A DNA stretch of 64,000 nucleotides from a virus. The notes under the pieces were generated by a model, which was not told the DNA's origin, made no database searches, and saw only the letters and a list, made by a program, of their open reading frames with translations. Shown piece by piece: positions 1 to 11,069 of this stretch. The number at the start of each line of letters is the position of its first letter. The stretch's first letter is position 1. A program made the position numbers and the translations under genes. The stretch lies in the IMG/VR virus record IMGVR_UViG_3300044613_001897; one strand, given 5' to 3'.

Positions 1-2
1 AC

Positions 3-941
3 ACTAAACAGTCACTATCTTCAGATTATCAATTAAGAGATACTTTATTAAAATCAATAGCAGAACTTAATGATAAGCTACAAACAATAAATGAGTTTGA
101 GAAAAAGAAAAAAGCGTATGATTTTATTGTAGATTCTATAAAACGAACGGAGTCTACAAAATTACAAACAGAGAATAAAAAATTAAAGTTTGATAATGAT
201 TTGATACAGTATCAAACAAAACTACAATCTATATTAAACGATATTCAATTGTATGAACAGCATAAGGAGTCTATATCTAAAAATAATGAAATCAATACCG
301 CAGTAGCCCAAAAACGAGTTAGTTTATCTAAACTTAAGTCGGATATACAAAATATAGATAAGGCTCTTAATGAGTGTCTTTTCACAAAATCAAATAATAT
401 AAGTAAGAGAGAATTTATACTTAACGAATTAAGTAGATTGTCTGAATTACAAAAGGAATATTCATATTATCAACTATATATGGATTCATTTTCTAGAGAT
501 GGTGTGCCGTATCAACTAATAGCAAAGGCACTACCTAAAATAGAATTGGAAGTTAATAATATTTTAACACAAGTAGTAGATTATCAGGTACATTTGAATA
601 CAGATGGAAAAAATATAAACGCATTTATAGTATACGATTCTGAAAAGTTTTGGCCATTAGAACTGGCATCTGGAATGGAAAAGTTTGTTGCGTCATTAGC
701 CATTAGGACAGCATTGATTAATATATCTAGTTTACCTAGACCTGTATTTTTAGTTATAGATGAAGGTCTAGGAAATTTAGATGCTGAGAACTTAAATAAT
801 ATGTATGTGTTATTTGATTATCTAAAAACTCAGTTTGAGTATATAATTGTAATATCACATATAGAATCTATTAGAGATATGGTTGATTCTGTTATTGAAA
901 TAACTAAAGTTAACGAACAATCATCAATAACGTATGAATAG
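3..941 (+). CDS. SbcC/Rad50/T4 gp46-like recombination ATPase, 5'-truncated by the window edge
   Basis: Frame is open from position 3. Coiled coil followed by an ABC-signature variant (LASGMEK), Walker B/D-loop (LVIDEGLGNLD) and H-switch (IVISH). Confidence 0.9.
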   Translation, partial: TKQSLSSDYQLRDTLLKSIAELNDKLQTINEFEKKKKAYDFIVDSIKRTESTKLQTENKKLKFDNDLIQYQTKLQSILNDIQLYEQHKESISKNNEINTAVAQKRVSLSKLKSDIQNIDKALNECLFTKSNNISKREFILNELSRLSELQKEYSYYQLYMDSFSRDGVPYQLIAKALPKIELEVNNILTQVVDYQVHLNTDGKNINAFIVYDSEKFWPLELASGMEKFVASLAIRTALINISSLPRPVFLVIDEGLGNLDAENLNNMYVLFDYLKTQFEYIIVISHIESIRDMVDSVIEITKVNEQSSITYE

Positions 942-955
942 ATAATTATTGATAT

Positions 956-3364
956 ATGATTCGTAAGTACGCTGATAGAAAATATTTAGAAAATATACCG
1001 GTATTGATAGAAGACACATCAGAGTCTTCATTAAATTACTTTAATGTTATAACATGCCCTAAGGTATTTCAAGCTGGTAAAAACTTAATACGACTACAAG
1101 GATCGCAGAATTTATTAGTGAATACACCTGTATTAGTTGAGATATTAGATTTTAATAATAATCCAATTTATTATGAAATACCTAATATAGTAGAAGAGGA
1201 TGGGTCAAGAATAATATCAGTTTGGATATATCCAGATACTCCTCCTGGTAATACAAAAATAACAATTGTAGGTATTGCTCGAATAGATCAATCAGGAAAT
1301 CAACTGTCCGAAAAAGATATAAGTGCTTATAATATTAGATGGACAAAAAAGCTGTCAACTAATACAAATACAAAAAACTCGTCTGAAATTATATTTCAAT
1401 CAGAACCGATAGTATCAATTACAGAAGCAAAAAGTGCAGTATTTACTAAGAGTTATATAAGTGGATCTAGCTTTGCAACCGCATCATTTACAAATCTGCA
1501 GTATAAATTTAGTAACAATACAGCAATTCTAGAATCAATTTCAGGATCAACAGCAACTTGGTCAGGAAGTAATGTATCAGCTCTATTAGGTGGCAAATTA
1601 GTAGTATATCCGAACAATATAATTAATACAACACCGCTACCGACATTTACATTATATACAGAATCATTTCAATCATCAACTGGAGAAAGAATAACTAGTC
1701 CTGAAATAATACCATATACAGCATTTTTAGATAAAATAATAGGTAATTATGCTATTTTATCAACTCCATATAAAGTACAAGGTCAACTTGGTGAACATAT
1801 TTATGATAATGCGTTATTAGTATCCGGAACTATAGAATATTATCAATTCCCTACAATAACACCAGTTACAGCATCACAATTAATTGGGGGTGGTGATGTG
1901 ACTAGTTCAATAGGAGTGTTATCTATAAAGAATATAGATAATATAACAGGTGATGTAAATAGAATAAATGTATATGCGAGAAAGTCTAGCACTCCAAGCA
2001 CAGTCAGACCGTTTCGAGGATATGATACACCTGCGTCATATATTAAAATAGCAGATACCGTAGTACAACCTAGAGAAGTATTAATGGCTCCTAATTTACC
2101 AATATTAGATATACCAATAAGTTACTTAGTAAACTATTGGACAGGCTCTAAAAGCCAAGGAATGGAAAATAGTATACACTTTGCTATAGAGTCTGTAGTA
2201 GTTCCACTAACAAACGCAATTGCACCAGATAAAACACCCACCGGAGCAAATATAGATTCATTTGCAAATAATAAATACTTTATAATAGAAACCAAAGATT
2301 ATTATAATCTACAAAAGGATACTATATATCAATTACAAATTGATGCAGCGGTTGAAGATATTACAGGATATGATGCAGGCCTTGGATATCAATTAGTAGA
2401 TATAGTATTATCCGGAAGTGCTTGTGTTGATACTCATCTAAATCTATCAAATGTAAAATATATAGGTAGCATAAAAAACACAGATGGATATTTATATTTA
2501 GATCAAACGTTTGATTTTACTGTACCATTTAATGGTGACGCAAAATTAATGTTTTTACTCAGGTCAGGTAAATGGTATTTTTCTGATATAAGTATTAAAC
2601 CTAAACAAGATTTAGGATTTACACCAAACACATTAGAAGTGTTAGTTCCTATCGAGGGACAGTATGTATCTGATAAGTATGACTTAAAGATTGAATATGT
2701 TGATTATTTAGGTAATAGATCAAAAACGGTAAGTGAAGTAAAAGAATTTAATATTGGAGCGACACCATTAATTCTAAATCAGGTATTTGCTGATACTGTT
2801 GTATCTAATACACAATATGCATCAGCGTCTATAGTCACTGGGTCGTTACAAGTTACAGGGTCAGTATATTATCAAAATAGAAAACAGTATAATTTCGGAC
2901 AGTTTTATGATACTACTACACAAAGTGGATCTAGAAATACTCCGTATGCAATGAAACTTAATACAACAGATATTTCTGAAGGGGTTAGTATTACAAATAA
3001 TGGTTCTGGATTACCAACCAGAATAACAGTAGCTAATACAGGATATTATAATCTTCAATTTTCATCGCAATTATATAATACTAACAATTCAAATTTACTT
3101 TTTACTATTTGGTTTAGAAAAAATGGTACTGATGTGACCAATTCAGCAACTAATGTTGAGGTTGTTAAGGGATCTGGAGTAAATGGACAACTAGTTGCGG
3201 CGTGGAACTATTTAACATATTTAACATCTAGTCAGTATGTAGAAATTATGTGGTCATATGATGATGGTGGGAATACTGGACAACTATTATATTTACCATC
3301 GAGTAGTTTAGTACCATTTCCTGCAGTACCATCCGTAATAGCAACTATGACACAGGTAGCATAG
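956..3364 (+). CDS. Virion structural/fibre protein with a C1q/TNF-like C-terminal head
   Basis: 802 aa, beta-rich. C-terminal FYDTTTQ...GYYNLQFSSQL...IWFRKNG resembles trimeric jelly-roll fibre heads. Confidence 0.55.
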   Translation: MIRKYADRKYLENIPVLIEDTSESSLNYFNVITCPKVFQAGKNLIRLQGSQNLLVNTPVLVEILDFNNNPIYYEIPNIVEEDGSRIISVWIYPDTPPGNTKITIVGIARIDQSGNQLSEKDISAYNIRWTKKLSTNTNTKNSSEIIFQSEPIVSITEAKSAVFTKSYISGSSFATASFTNLQYKFSNNTAILESISGSTATWSGSNVSALLGGKLVVYPNNIINTTPLPTFTLYTESFQSSTGERITSPEIIPYTAFLDKIIGNYAILSTPYKVQGQLGEHIYDNALLVSGTIEYYQFPTITPVTASQLIGGGDVTSSIGVLSIKNIDNITGDVNRINVYARKSSTPSTVRPFRGYDTPASYIKIADTVVQPREVLMAPNLPILDIPISYLVNYWTGSKSQGMENSIHFAIESVVVPLTNAIAPDKTPTGANIDSFANNKYFIIETKDYYNLQKDTIYQLQIDAAVEDITGYDAGLGYQLVDIVLSGSACVDTHLNLSNVKYIGSIKNTDGYLYLDQTFDFTVPFNGDAKLMFLLRSGKWYFSDISIKPKQDLGFTPNTLEVLVPIEGQYVSDKYDLKIEYVDYLGNRSKTVSEVKEFNIGATPLILNQVFADTVVSNTQYASASIVTGSLQVTGSVYYQNRKQYNFGQFYDTTTQSGSRNTPYAMKLNTTDISEGVSITNNGSGLPTRITVANTGYYNLQFSSQLYNTNNSNLLFTIWFRKNGTDVTNSATNVEVVKGSGVNGQLVAAWNYLTYLTSSQYVEIMWSYDDGGNTGQLLYLPSSSLVPFPAVPSVIATMTQVA

Positions 3365-3402
3365 AATACTAAATTTACATATATTTATACAAAAGATAAC
3401 TA

Positions 3403-6400
3403 ATGAGCTTTAATCTTACTAACCAATACATATCTCAATCATTTCACAACCTAGTACAAATAAGTGGATCTACAGTATTAGTTGATGGCCTAGGAAATTT
3501 CGTATATGATTTAGATACAATCAAAACCGGATCATTTACAGGATCATTTGTAGGAGACGGTAGCGGATTATCAAACGTCGGAGTAGGAAGTGGATTATTA
3601 ACAACTGCTTCTTTTAATTCATACACAGGTTCCAATACTTCGCAATTTGCAGGAACAGCGTCCTTTGCTTCTACAGCATCATACGCTTTAAATGGAGGAG
3701 TAACACAAATTGTTGCTGGAACAAATGTAACTATAACTAATGGTGGAAGTGGTTCTGTAACCATAAATGCTGCAACAGGAAGTGGCAGCGGAAGTGGAAC
3801 ACCAGGTGGATCAGATACAGAAATTCAATTTAATAGTGGAAGTGCGTTTTCAGGCAGTGCAGCATTTAGATTTATATATACAAGTCAAAGTTTAGAGCAA
3901 GGATTACAAACAACAGCATCAGGAGAATATTCGCACGCAGAAGGTATTGAAACACAAGCAATAGGAGAAGGATCACACGCTGAAGGCAATGCGACACAAG
4001 CAATAGGAGATATATCACACGCAGAAGGATTTGCCACAACAGCATCAGGATCATATTCACACGCAGAAGGCTATACCACACAAGCAATAGGATATGTATC
4101 ACACGCTGAAGGATATTACACTCTAGCATCAGGAGAATATTCGCACGCAGAAGGAGATGAAACACTAGCAATAGGAGAAGGATCACACGCTGAAGGTATT
4201 CAAACAAAAACAGGAACACAAAACGCATACTATGCTCAATCTGTAGTAAGCGGTGTTATTACGTTATCCGGATCATACGGTGATGTAACTAGTGAATTTA
4301 GTACTGATAATAGATTATATCTATATGATGAACCATTTCCATTTGATAATATTTATACTAGAGCAATATTCATAATTAGCCAATCATACTACTCAAATCC
4401 AAATACAATAGTAGAATTGTATGATACAAGTGTAACAACAACAACAGCTTATGTTGGAAATATTAATTATGGAATATACAACTGGACCGGTAATCAAACT
4501 ATACCAGGAGATTATTCACACGCTGAAGGCTATAACACACTAGCAATAGGAATTGTATCACACGCAGAAGGAGATGAAACATATGCAATAGGAGATTTTT
4601 CACACGCTGAAGGAGAATATACACAAGCAATAGGAAACGCTTCACACGCAGAAGGCGATACTACACAAGCAATAGGAGGTGCATCACACGCTGAAGGCGT
4701 TGGTACACAAGCAATAGGAGATATATCACACGCAGAAGGATATTACACTCAAACAATAGGATACGCTTCACACGCTGAAGGCAACCAAACACAAGCATCA
4801 GGTGACTTTCAACACGTACAAGGTCTATTCAATATAACCAGTTCAGTATCAGGAGCATTTATAGTAGGAAACGGAACATCTAATGCAAGTAGAAGTAATT
4901 TAATTTATGCTTATGAAGATACTGTAGAAATCTCAGGTTCATTATTTATAAGTGGAGCAGCACAATCAGCAGGTAATAACAACATATTAACTTACAATAC
5001 AACCACAGGTTTAGTAACTTACACAGCTTCAGCTGCAATTGGAGGAGGAGGAGGAGGAAGTGGAACACCAGGTGGATCAGATACAGAAATTCAATTTAAT
5101 AGTGGAAGTGCGTTTTCAGGCAGTGCAGCATTTAGATTTATATATACAAGTCAAAGTTTAGAGCAAGGATACCAAACACAAGTAATAGGAAATTATTCAC
5201 ACGCAGAAGGTATTCAAACACGAACAGGAACACAAAATGCATACTACGCAGAATCAGTAGTAAGCGGTATTGTTACATTATCAAGTTCGTATGGTGATAT
5301 ATATAGTGAATTCATTGCTGATAATAGATTACATCTATATGATGAACCATTTGGTGATATTTATGGTAGAGCAACATTCATAATTAGCCAATCATACTAC
5401 TCAAATCCAAATACAATAGTAGAATTGTATGATACAAGTGTAACAACAACAACAACAGCTTATGTTGGAGATATTAATTATGGAATACTAAACTGGACAG
5501 GAGATCAAACTATACCAGGAGATTATTCACACGTAGAAGGTTGGCTAACACAAGCAATAGGATTTGCATCACACGCAGAAGGTATTTATACTCAAGCAAT
5601 AGGAGTTTTTTCACACGCTGAAGGAACAAATACACTATCAATAGGACAGTATTCGCACGCAGAAGGCGACCAAACACAAGCAATAGAAAATTATTCACAC
5701 GCTGAAGGGGGTCACACAATAGCAATAGGAAGTGTATCACACGCTGAAGGATACCAAACACAAGCAATAGGAAATGCATCACACGCAGAAGGAGAGCAAA
5801 CACTATCAATAGGATATGCATCACACGCAGAAGGCTACCAAACAAAAACAGGAACACAAAACGCATACTATGCTGAGTCTGTAGTATCAGGTTCTATTAT
5901 ATTATCAAGTTCGTATGGTGATGTATCTAGTGAATTTGGTGCTGATAATAGATTGTATTTATACGATATCCCATTTGAAGATACGCATACAGAAACTTAT
6001 GTTATAAGTCAATCATACTACTCAAATCCAAATACAATAGTAGAATTATATGATACAAGTGTAACAACAACACCAGCTTATGTTGGAGATATTAATTATG
6101 GAATAGTAAACTGGACCGGTGATCAAACTATACCAGGAGAATATTCACACGCAGAAGGCTATAACACACTAGCAATAGGAATTGTATCACACGCAGAAGG
6201 CAATGCGACACAAGCAATAGGAGATATATCACACGCAGAAGGTGATGTCACACAAGCAATAGGAGATGCATCGCACGCAGAAGGTGCTAACACAACAGCA
6301 ATAGGAGAAGGATCGCACGCAGAAGGAGACCAAACACAAGCAATAGGAAATGCATCACACGCTGAAGGATATGAAACACAAGCACTAGGAGAAGCATCGC

Positions 6401-7206
6401 ACGCAGAAGGCTACCAAACAAAAACAGGAACACAAAACGCTTATTATGCTCAATCTGTAGTATCAGGTATAGTAACATTATCAAGTTCGTATGGTGATGT
6501 AACTGGTGAATTTGGTGCTGATAATAGATTATATCTATATGATCAACCATTTGATAATATCTATGGTGGAACTTATATTATAAGCCAATCATACTACTCA
6601 AATCCAAACACAATAGTAGAATTGTATTATACAAGTGTAACAACAACACCAGCTTATGTTGGAGATATTAATTATGGAATAGTAAACTGGACCGGTGATC
6701 AAACTATACCAGGATTTGTATCACACGCAGAAGGTGCTTCCACACAAGCAATAGGAATTGTATCACACGCAGAGGGGAAAGATACTCAAGCAATAGGAGA
6801 CGCATCACACGCAGAAGGTGATGCCACACAAGCAATAGGAGACGCTTCACACGCAGAAGGCGATACTACACAAGCAATAGGAAATTATTCACACGCAGAA
6901 GGATTAGGAACAATAGCATCAGGTGCCTACCAACACGTACAAGGATTATATAACATAACCAGTTCAGTATCAGGAGCATTTATAGTAGGTAATGGTATTG
7001 ATGATTCAAATAGAAGTAATTTAGTATTTACCTCAGGAAGTACCTTTCAAATAACAGGTTCACTATTACTAAATGATATATTGGTACTTACTCCAAGAAC
7101 AACAACACCACCCACTGCTTCAGCAGGAATGTTAATAGTATCAGGTTCAGGAGCAAATCAACATATATACTGCTACCTAAACGGATGGACACAATTAGAT
7201 AATTAG
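3403..7206 (+). CDS. Tail fibre/adhesin with YadA-head-like 14-aa SHAEG repeats
   Basis: About 35 copies of xAIGxxSHAEGxxT, four ~100-aa inserted modules and two duplicated GTPGGSDTEIQFN linkers. Confidence 0.75.
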   Translation: MSFNLTNQYISQSFHNLVQISGSTVLVDGLGNFVYDLDTIKTGSFTGSFVGDGSGLSNVGVGSGLLTTASFNSYTGSNTSQFAGTASFASTASYALNGGVTQIVAGTNVTITNGGSGSVTINAATGSGSGSGTPGGSDTEIQFNSGSAFSGSAAFRFIYTSQSLEQGLQTTASGEYSHAEGIETQAIGEGSHAEGNATQAIGDISHAEGFATTASGSYSHAEGYTTQAIGYVSHAEGYYTLASGEYSHAEGDETLAIGEGSHAEGIQTKTGTQNAYYAQSVVSGVITLSGSYGDVTSEFSTDNRLYLYDEPFPFDNIYTRAIFIISQSYYSNPNTIVELYDTSVTTTTAYVGNINYGIYNWTGNQTIPGDYSHAEGYNTLAIGIVSHAEGDETYAIGDFSHAEGEYTQAIGNASHAEGDTTQAIGGASHAEGVGTQAIGDISHAEGYYTQTIGYASHAEGNQTQASGDFQHVQGLFNITSSVSGAFIVGNGTSNASRSNLIYAYEDTVEISGSLFISGAAQSAGNNNILTYNTTTGLVTYTASAAIGGGGGGSGTPGGSDTEIQFNSGSAFSGSAAFRFIYTSQSLEQGYQTQVIGNYSHAEGIQTRTGTQNAYYAESVVSGIVTLSSSYGDIYSEFIADNRLHLYDEPFGDIYGRATFIISQSYYSNPNTIVELYDTSVTTTTTAYVGDINYGILNWTGDQTIPGDYSHVEGWLTQAIGFASHAEGIYTQAIGVFSHAEGTNTLSIGQYSHAEGDQTQAIENYSHAEGGHTIAIGSVSHAEGYQTQAIGNASHAEGEQTLSIGYASHAEGYQTKTGTQNAYYAESVVSGSIILSSSYGDVSSEFGADNRLYLYDIPFEDTHTETYVISQSYYSNPNTIVELYDTSVTTTPAYVGDINYGIVNWTGDQTIPGEYSHAEGYNTLAIGIVSHAEGNATQAIGDISHAEGDVTQAIGDASHAEGANTTAIGEGSHAEGDQTQAIGNASHAEGYETQALGEASHAEGYQTKTGTQNAYYAQSVVSGIVTLSSSYGDVTGEFGADNRLYLYDQPFDNIYGGTYIISQSYYSNPNTIVELYYTSVTTTPAYVGDINYGIVNWTGDQTIPGFVSHAEGASTQAIGIVSHAEGKDTQAIGDASHAEGDATQAIGDASHAEGDTTQAIGNYSHAEGLGTIASGAYQHVQGLYNITSSVSGAFIVGNGIDDSNRSNLVFTSGSTFQITGSLLLNDILVLTPRTTTPPTASAGMLIVSGSGANQHIYCYLNGWTQLDN
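3790..5170 (+). repeat. Exact 115-nt direct repeat (3790-3904 and 5056-5170) inside the fibre gene
   Basis: ggaagtggaacacc...tttagagcaaggat is identical in both copies. Confidence 0.9.
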
Positions 7207-7228
7207 ATTAATTTAAAAATAAAACAAA

Positions 7229-7444
7229 ATGATTCCTTTAAACCTAAATTTTAACAGACCTAAACCTAGAAAAGTAACTTTAGAATACACTATTGATAAT
7301 CCAGGTAAGAAAATAGTATATGCTCAAACAAGAGAAGTTGGTAGAATAGTATTATGGAGAGCTGCAGCATATGATTCTATTGGGCAGTGGACTGATGCTG
7401 ATGTGACCAACAAACTAAAAGAGTTATACCCAACTAATGATTAA
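7229..7444 (+). CDS. Small hypothetical protein, possible fibre assembly chaperone
   Basis: 71-aa ORF directly after the fibre gene, A-rich start context, WxxxxYDSIGQWTD motif. Confidence 0.5.
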   Translation: MIPLNLNFNRPKPRKVTLEYTIDNPGKKIVYAQTREVGRIVLWRAAAYDSIGQWTDADVTNKLKELYPTND

Positions 7445-9128
7445 TAAAGTAATAGCAGTATACCCAGGACGCTTTCAGCCAATGGGAAAACATCATGCTG
7501 CAACATTTCTGTGGCTACGAAAACAATTTGGGGCTAACAATACTTATATAGTTACTTCTGATAAAGTAGAACTACCAAAATCACCATTAAACTTTAAAGA
7601 AAAGAAAGCTGTTATAGATATGTATGGGTTTGGTAATAAAACTATCAAAGTTAAGAATCCATATAAAGCAGAAGAATTGCTATCTAAATTTGATCCTAAC
7701 ACAACAGCGGTAGTATTTATGGTAGGTGAAAAGGATATGAAAGAAGATGCTAGATTTAAAGTAGGTAAATTAAAATCTGGAGCTGATTCATATTTTCAGA
7801 ATTATAATGATAGTAAAGATAATTTACAGGGATACGATAAACACGGATATCTTATAACAGCACCACATATATCATTAAATGTACCAGGATATGGTGAAAT
7901 GAGTGGAACCAAAATTAGACAAGCACTTGGAGACCCTAAATTACCAAAAGAAAAAAAGAAAAAAGTATTTGAAAAAATATTCGGATGGTATTCAGAAAAA
8001 TTAGCCAATTATATTATAGACAAATTTACAGTAGATATGCAAGAATCAGTTTTAACTCGAGAATGGTGGAATAAAGTATTTAGTAATTCATTACTTAAAG
8101 AAGGAGGTGCAGCCGGACATATGGCTCACCCTTTTAATATTGATTGGGTAAAAACGGGACCTGATTTAGTTAAAGTATTTCAACAATCAATAAACTTTTT
8201 AAATAAGAAACCTGCCTCTGTTAAAATAGATGGAGTAAATGCATCTATTAGATTAATAACATTAGATGGTAAAAAGACATTTGTACTAGATAGAGGGTCT
8301 AATAAACCATTAGATGTTAAAGGTATTACAAAAGCAGATTTAGAAGATAGATTTGGCGCTGGACACGGAATGATAAAAATAGGAGGTACTGTATTAGATA
8401 TATTTAATGATGCAATACCAGAATCTCAATCAGAACTAAAAAGATTAGGTCTATGGGACAATCCTAATATACTATTCAATATTGAATATGTAGCTGGATC
8501 TACTAATGTATTAGCATACAATAAAAACTTTTTAGCTATACATGGCTTATTAGAAATAGTACAAGTTACACCAACAAAACGAACTACTAAAGAAAAGGTA
8601 TATAATAAAAAGGTATTACAAGACTATTTGAATAAACTTAATTTAACTGCTAACGGATATGGATATGAAGTATTAGGGTCTGTACCAACCACATTAGATG
8701 GTGAACCTAATTTACAAGCTGAATTAAATAAAAAGTATACAGTAAATTATGGCGGTGGAAAAGAAGAGACTAAAACGTTAGGTAAATGGTTAGCTAAAGC
8801 TACATTACCAGATACAACATTCAAAACAAAAGACGGTAAAGTAGTATCTGCACTATCGAAAGATGTATTATCAAAACTAATGTCAGGAATGCCATTAGAT
8901 GAATATGTTGCAGATCCAAAAGATTATAAATCTGTAGTAGATGGGTTTGTTATATATTTAGCTACTATGAAATTAGGCGATGCTGTATTAGCTAAGCTAT
9001 CATCCCCTTTGGGTCCTGTATCCGAGCATGAAGGGATTGTTATAAGAGATAAGACAATATATAATAAACCTTTTAAGATTACCGGAAAGTTTATTTTAGG
9101 GGGGTTAGCGAGTAGTTTTAGAAAATAA
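7437..9128 (+). CDS. Fusion of a HIGH-family nucleotidyltransferase and an RNA-ligase-like domain
   Basis: N-terminal YPGRFQPMGKHH and MSGTKIR. C-terminal KIDG (motif I-like), EGIVIR (motif IV-like) and FKITG (motif V-like). Confidence 0.65.
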   Translation: MINKVIAVYPGRFQPMGKHHAATFLWLRKQFGANNTYIVTSDKVELPKSPLNFKEKKAVIDMYGFGNKTIKVKNPYKAEELLSKFDPNTTAVVFMVGEKDMKEDARFKVGKLKSGADSYFQNYNDSKDNLQGYDKHGYLITAPHISLNVPGYGEMSGTKIRQALGDPKLPKEKKKKVFEKIFGWYSEKLANYIIDKFTVDMQESVLTREWWNKVFSNSLLKEGGAAGHMAHPFNIDWVKTGPDLVKVFQQSINFLNKKPASVKIDGVNASIRLITLDGKKTFVLDRGSNKPLDVKGITKADLEDRFGAGHGMIKIGGTVLDIFNDAIPESQSELKRLGLWDNPNILFNIEYVAGSTNVLAYNKNFLAIHGLLEIVQVTPTKRTTKEKVYNKKVLQDYLNKLNLTANGYGYEVLGSVPTTLDGEPNLQAELNKKYTVNYGGGKEETKTLGKWLAKATLPDTTFKTKDGKVVSALSKDVLSKLMSGMPLDEYVADPKDYKSVVDGFVIYLATMKLGDAVLAKLSSPLGPVSEHEGIVIRDKTIYNKPFKITGKFILGGLASSFRK

Positions 9129-9172
9129 GAATATTTAAAATATTTTACATATATTTATTTAAAAATAAAGTT

Positions 9173-9805
9173 ATGGCTAAATCAAATGCGGATAGCAAGT
9201 TACGTAATATAGATGCAATTAAGCAGATGCTTAATGGAAATCATAAGTTTCAAACAAAAACAACACTAGGTTATACAGGTAAAACTACTGATAAACGTGA
9301 AGTGGGTGATATTTGGGTAGATGAAGATGGATTTGAATGGGAACAAAAAGCTGGCTATAGAATTAAAAAAGGAAAGTTAGACGGCTTACGAGAGGAACTA
9401 AAGAGCTTTAAACATTGTAGAAAGGAAACTTGTACTTGTATAGAGCCTAGTAGAGCTGATGAAAAGATGCGAACATTACACGGAATGTGTTTAGATTGTG
9501 TTATCGATATGGAACATAATTTAAAGTTAGATGGGAAGTATGAGGCGTATGAGTTTGATAAAATGAAACAAAATGCTTTATCTTGGTTAAGAGAAAGCGA
9601 AAAGGAGGTTGAGGCGTTGAAAATTGCAATATTCCAAGCACCGGAATTTGTAACTGTAGACGGTCATATTAATAAATGGGAGTTACAATATGATCCTGAG
9701 AAAATGAAAAATTCAATTGAAGACCAATTCAATCAATTGAAGCATAAAATTTTTGAAGAGTATAAGGTTACAGTAGAAGAATATGAACAATTTAAAACTA
9801 TCTAA
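9173..9805 (+). CDS. Hypothetical protein with a putative Zn-binding Cys cluster
   Basis: CRKETCTC...HGMCLDC. ATATTTAT motif 14 nt upstream. Confidence 0.6.
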   Translation: MAKSNADSKLRNIDAIKQMLNGNHKFQTKTTLGYTGKTTDKREVGDIWVDEDGFEWEQKAGYRIKKGKLDGLREELKSFKHCRKETCTCIEPSRADEKMRTLHGMCLDCVIDMEHNLKLDGKYEAYEFDKMKQNALSWLRESEKEVEALKIAIFQAPEFVTVDGHINKWELQYDPEKMKNSIEDQFNQLKHKIFEEYKVTVEEYEQFKTI

Positions 9806-9821
9806 AACATTGACTACTTAA

Positions 9822-10463
9822 ATGAATGTTTCAATTGACACAATAATACTAGCCGCAATTATATCTAGTTTAATCGGCCCGGCTATAGTAAAAATATTAG
9901 ATTATATACTGTTTAAATGGAAAAAACGTAATGCTGATCAACAAAAGAAATTAGCTAAAGATCCATTAGAAGAAGCAATACAAAATTCAGAAGTTATAAA
10001 TGCTTATTTACATAACTTAATAACAGACTTTGGTTTTGATAGAGGATGGGTGTCAATGTTTCATAATGGTGGTCATTATTATCCTACAGGTAAATCAATA
10101 CAAAAGTTTAGTACATTTTATGAGGTATGCGGGCCTGGTATAGCTACTATACAGAACCAATTTATGAATATACCAGTAAGCTTATTCTCAAAAAGTATAG
10201 GTGAAGTTTATAAGCACGGAAAATTAATAGCATCAATTGACGGCGATAATAAGTATGATCTAGAATCTGCAATGTTAGCAACAGGATCATTAACAACATA
10301 TTTATTTGCATTAAAAAACTTAGAAGGTAAGTTTTTCGGTATAATAGGATTTGATTTAATAAAAGACGTAGAAGAAATATCGAAAGAAGACTTATTACTA
10401 TTACAAACACAGATAAATACATTATCAGGATATATATTCGAATATTTACACATAAAACAATAA
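9822..10463 (+). CDS. N-terminal TM plus GAF-like domain, candidate T4 gpT-type holin
   Basis: Hydrophobic N-terminal helix followed by basic residues, then FHNGG...KFS..YE...FGIIGFD. Confidence 0.5.
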   Translation: MNVSIDTIILAAIISSLIGPAIVKILDYILFKWKKRNADQQKKLAKDPLEEAIQNSEVINAYLHNLITDFGFDRGWVSMFHNGGHYYPTGKSIQKFSTFYEVCGPGIATIQNQFMNIPVSLFSKSIGEVYKHGKLIASIDGDNKYDLESAMLATGSLTTYLFALKNLEGKFFGIIGFDLIKDVEEISKEDLLLLQTQINTLSGYIFEYLHIKQ

Positions 10464-10464
10464 T

Positions 10465-10803
10465 ATGGCAGACCTAATATCGCAACAACTAGAAAAAGCA
10501 TCTGAAGATTTAAGAGTAGCTATGGCTAAACATGCTAAAGTTAATATAGAACTACAAAAACTAAAAAGTCAGTTCATATCGCAAACAAATCCAGTAACAA
10601 AAGAAAAAATAAAGCCTAGATTAATAGCTTTAAATAAAGCAGAAAAACTTGCAAAGGCAGTATTGGATAGATCAGAGCTTAACTTTCAAGATATATTACG
10701 AACTGAACCTGCCGATGTTGTTGATTTATTAGACCATAAACTAAAAGAACATTATCTTAGACTATTGATTCGAAAAAAGATAACTGAACAAATCAATAAG
10801 TAA
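10465..10803 (+). CDS. Hypothetical coiled-coil protein with a C-terminal LRLLIRKKITE helix
   Basis: ORF track, tightly packed operon. Confidence 0.6.
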   Translation: MADLISQQLEKASEDLRVAMAKHAKVNIELQKLKSQFISQTNPVTKEKIKPRLIALNKAEKLAKAVLDRSELNFQDILRTEPADVVDLLDHKLKEHYLRLLIRKKITEQINK

Positions 10804-11069
10804 TGGACACTAGAATAAAAGAAAATACTGTTCATATAAATGAAAAAAATTGGACTACTTTCGAAAGATTAGCAAAGGCCAATAATATTCTATATGATGC
10901 AACAATATCTAAACTATATAAAGGATATACCGAAGTAGAATTTTATTCTACAAATGATTGGAACAAAATGAAAACGCTTATGAATAAGCATAATGTTTTT
11001 TATAAAGACAGATTCAACGAAGCGCTAAGAAACTATATAAGAAATATAATAAACGAGTTTAAGTTTTAA
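10803..11069 (+). CDS. Hypothetical protein with a C-terminal LRNYIRNIINE helix
   Basis: TAATG overlap with the upstream gene. Confidence 0.6.
   Translation: MDTRIKENTVHINEKNWTTFERLAKANNILYDATISKLYKGYTEVEFYSTNDWNKMKTLMNKHNVFYKDRFNEALRNYIRNIINEFKF

Noticed and set aside
3900-6910. 42-nt periodic repeats as a CRISPR array
   Set aside because: They are in-frame coding repeats (SHAEG) with wobble variation. There are no unique spacers and no cas genes.
3403-7206. DGR template/variable repeat pair
   Set aside because: All repeat copies lie within one ORF, differences are not visibly adenine-restricted, and no reverse transcriptase is in the window.
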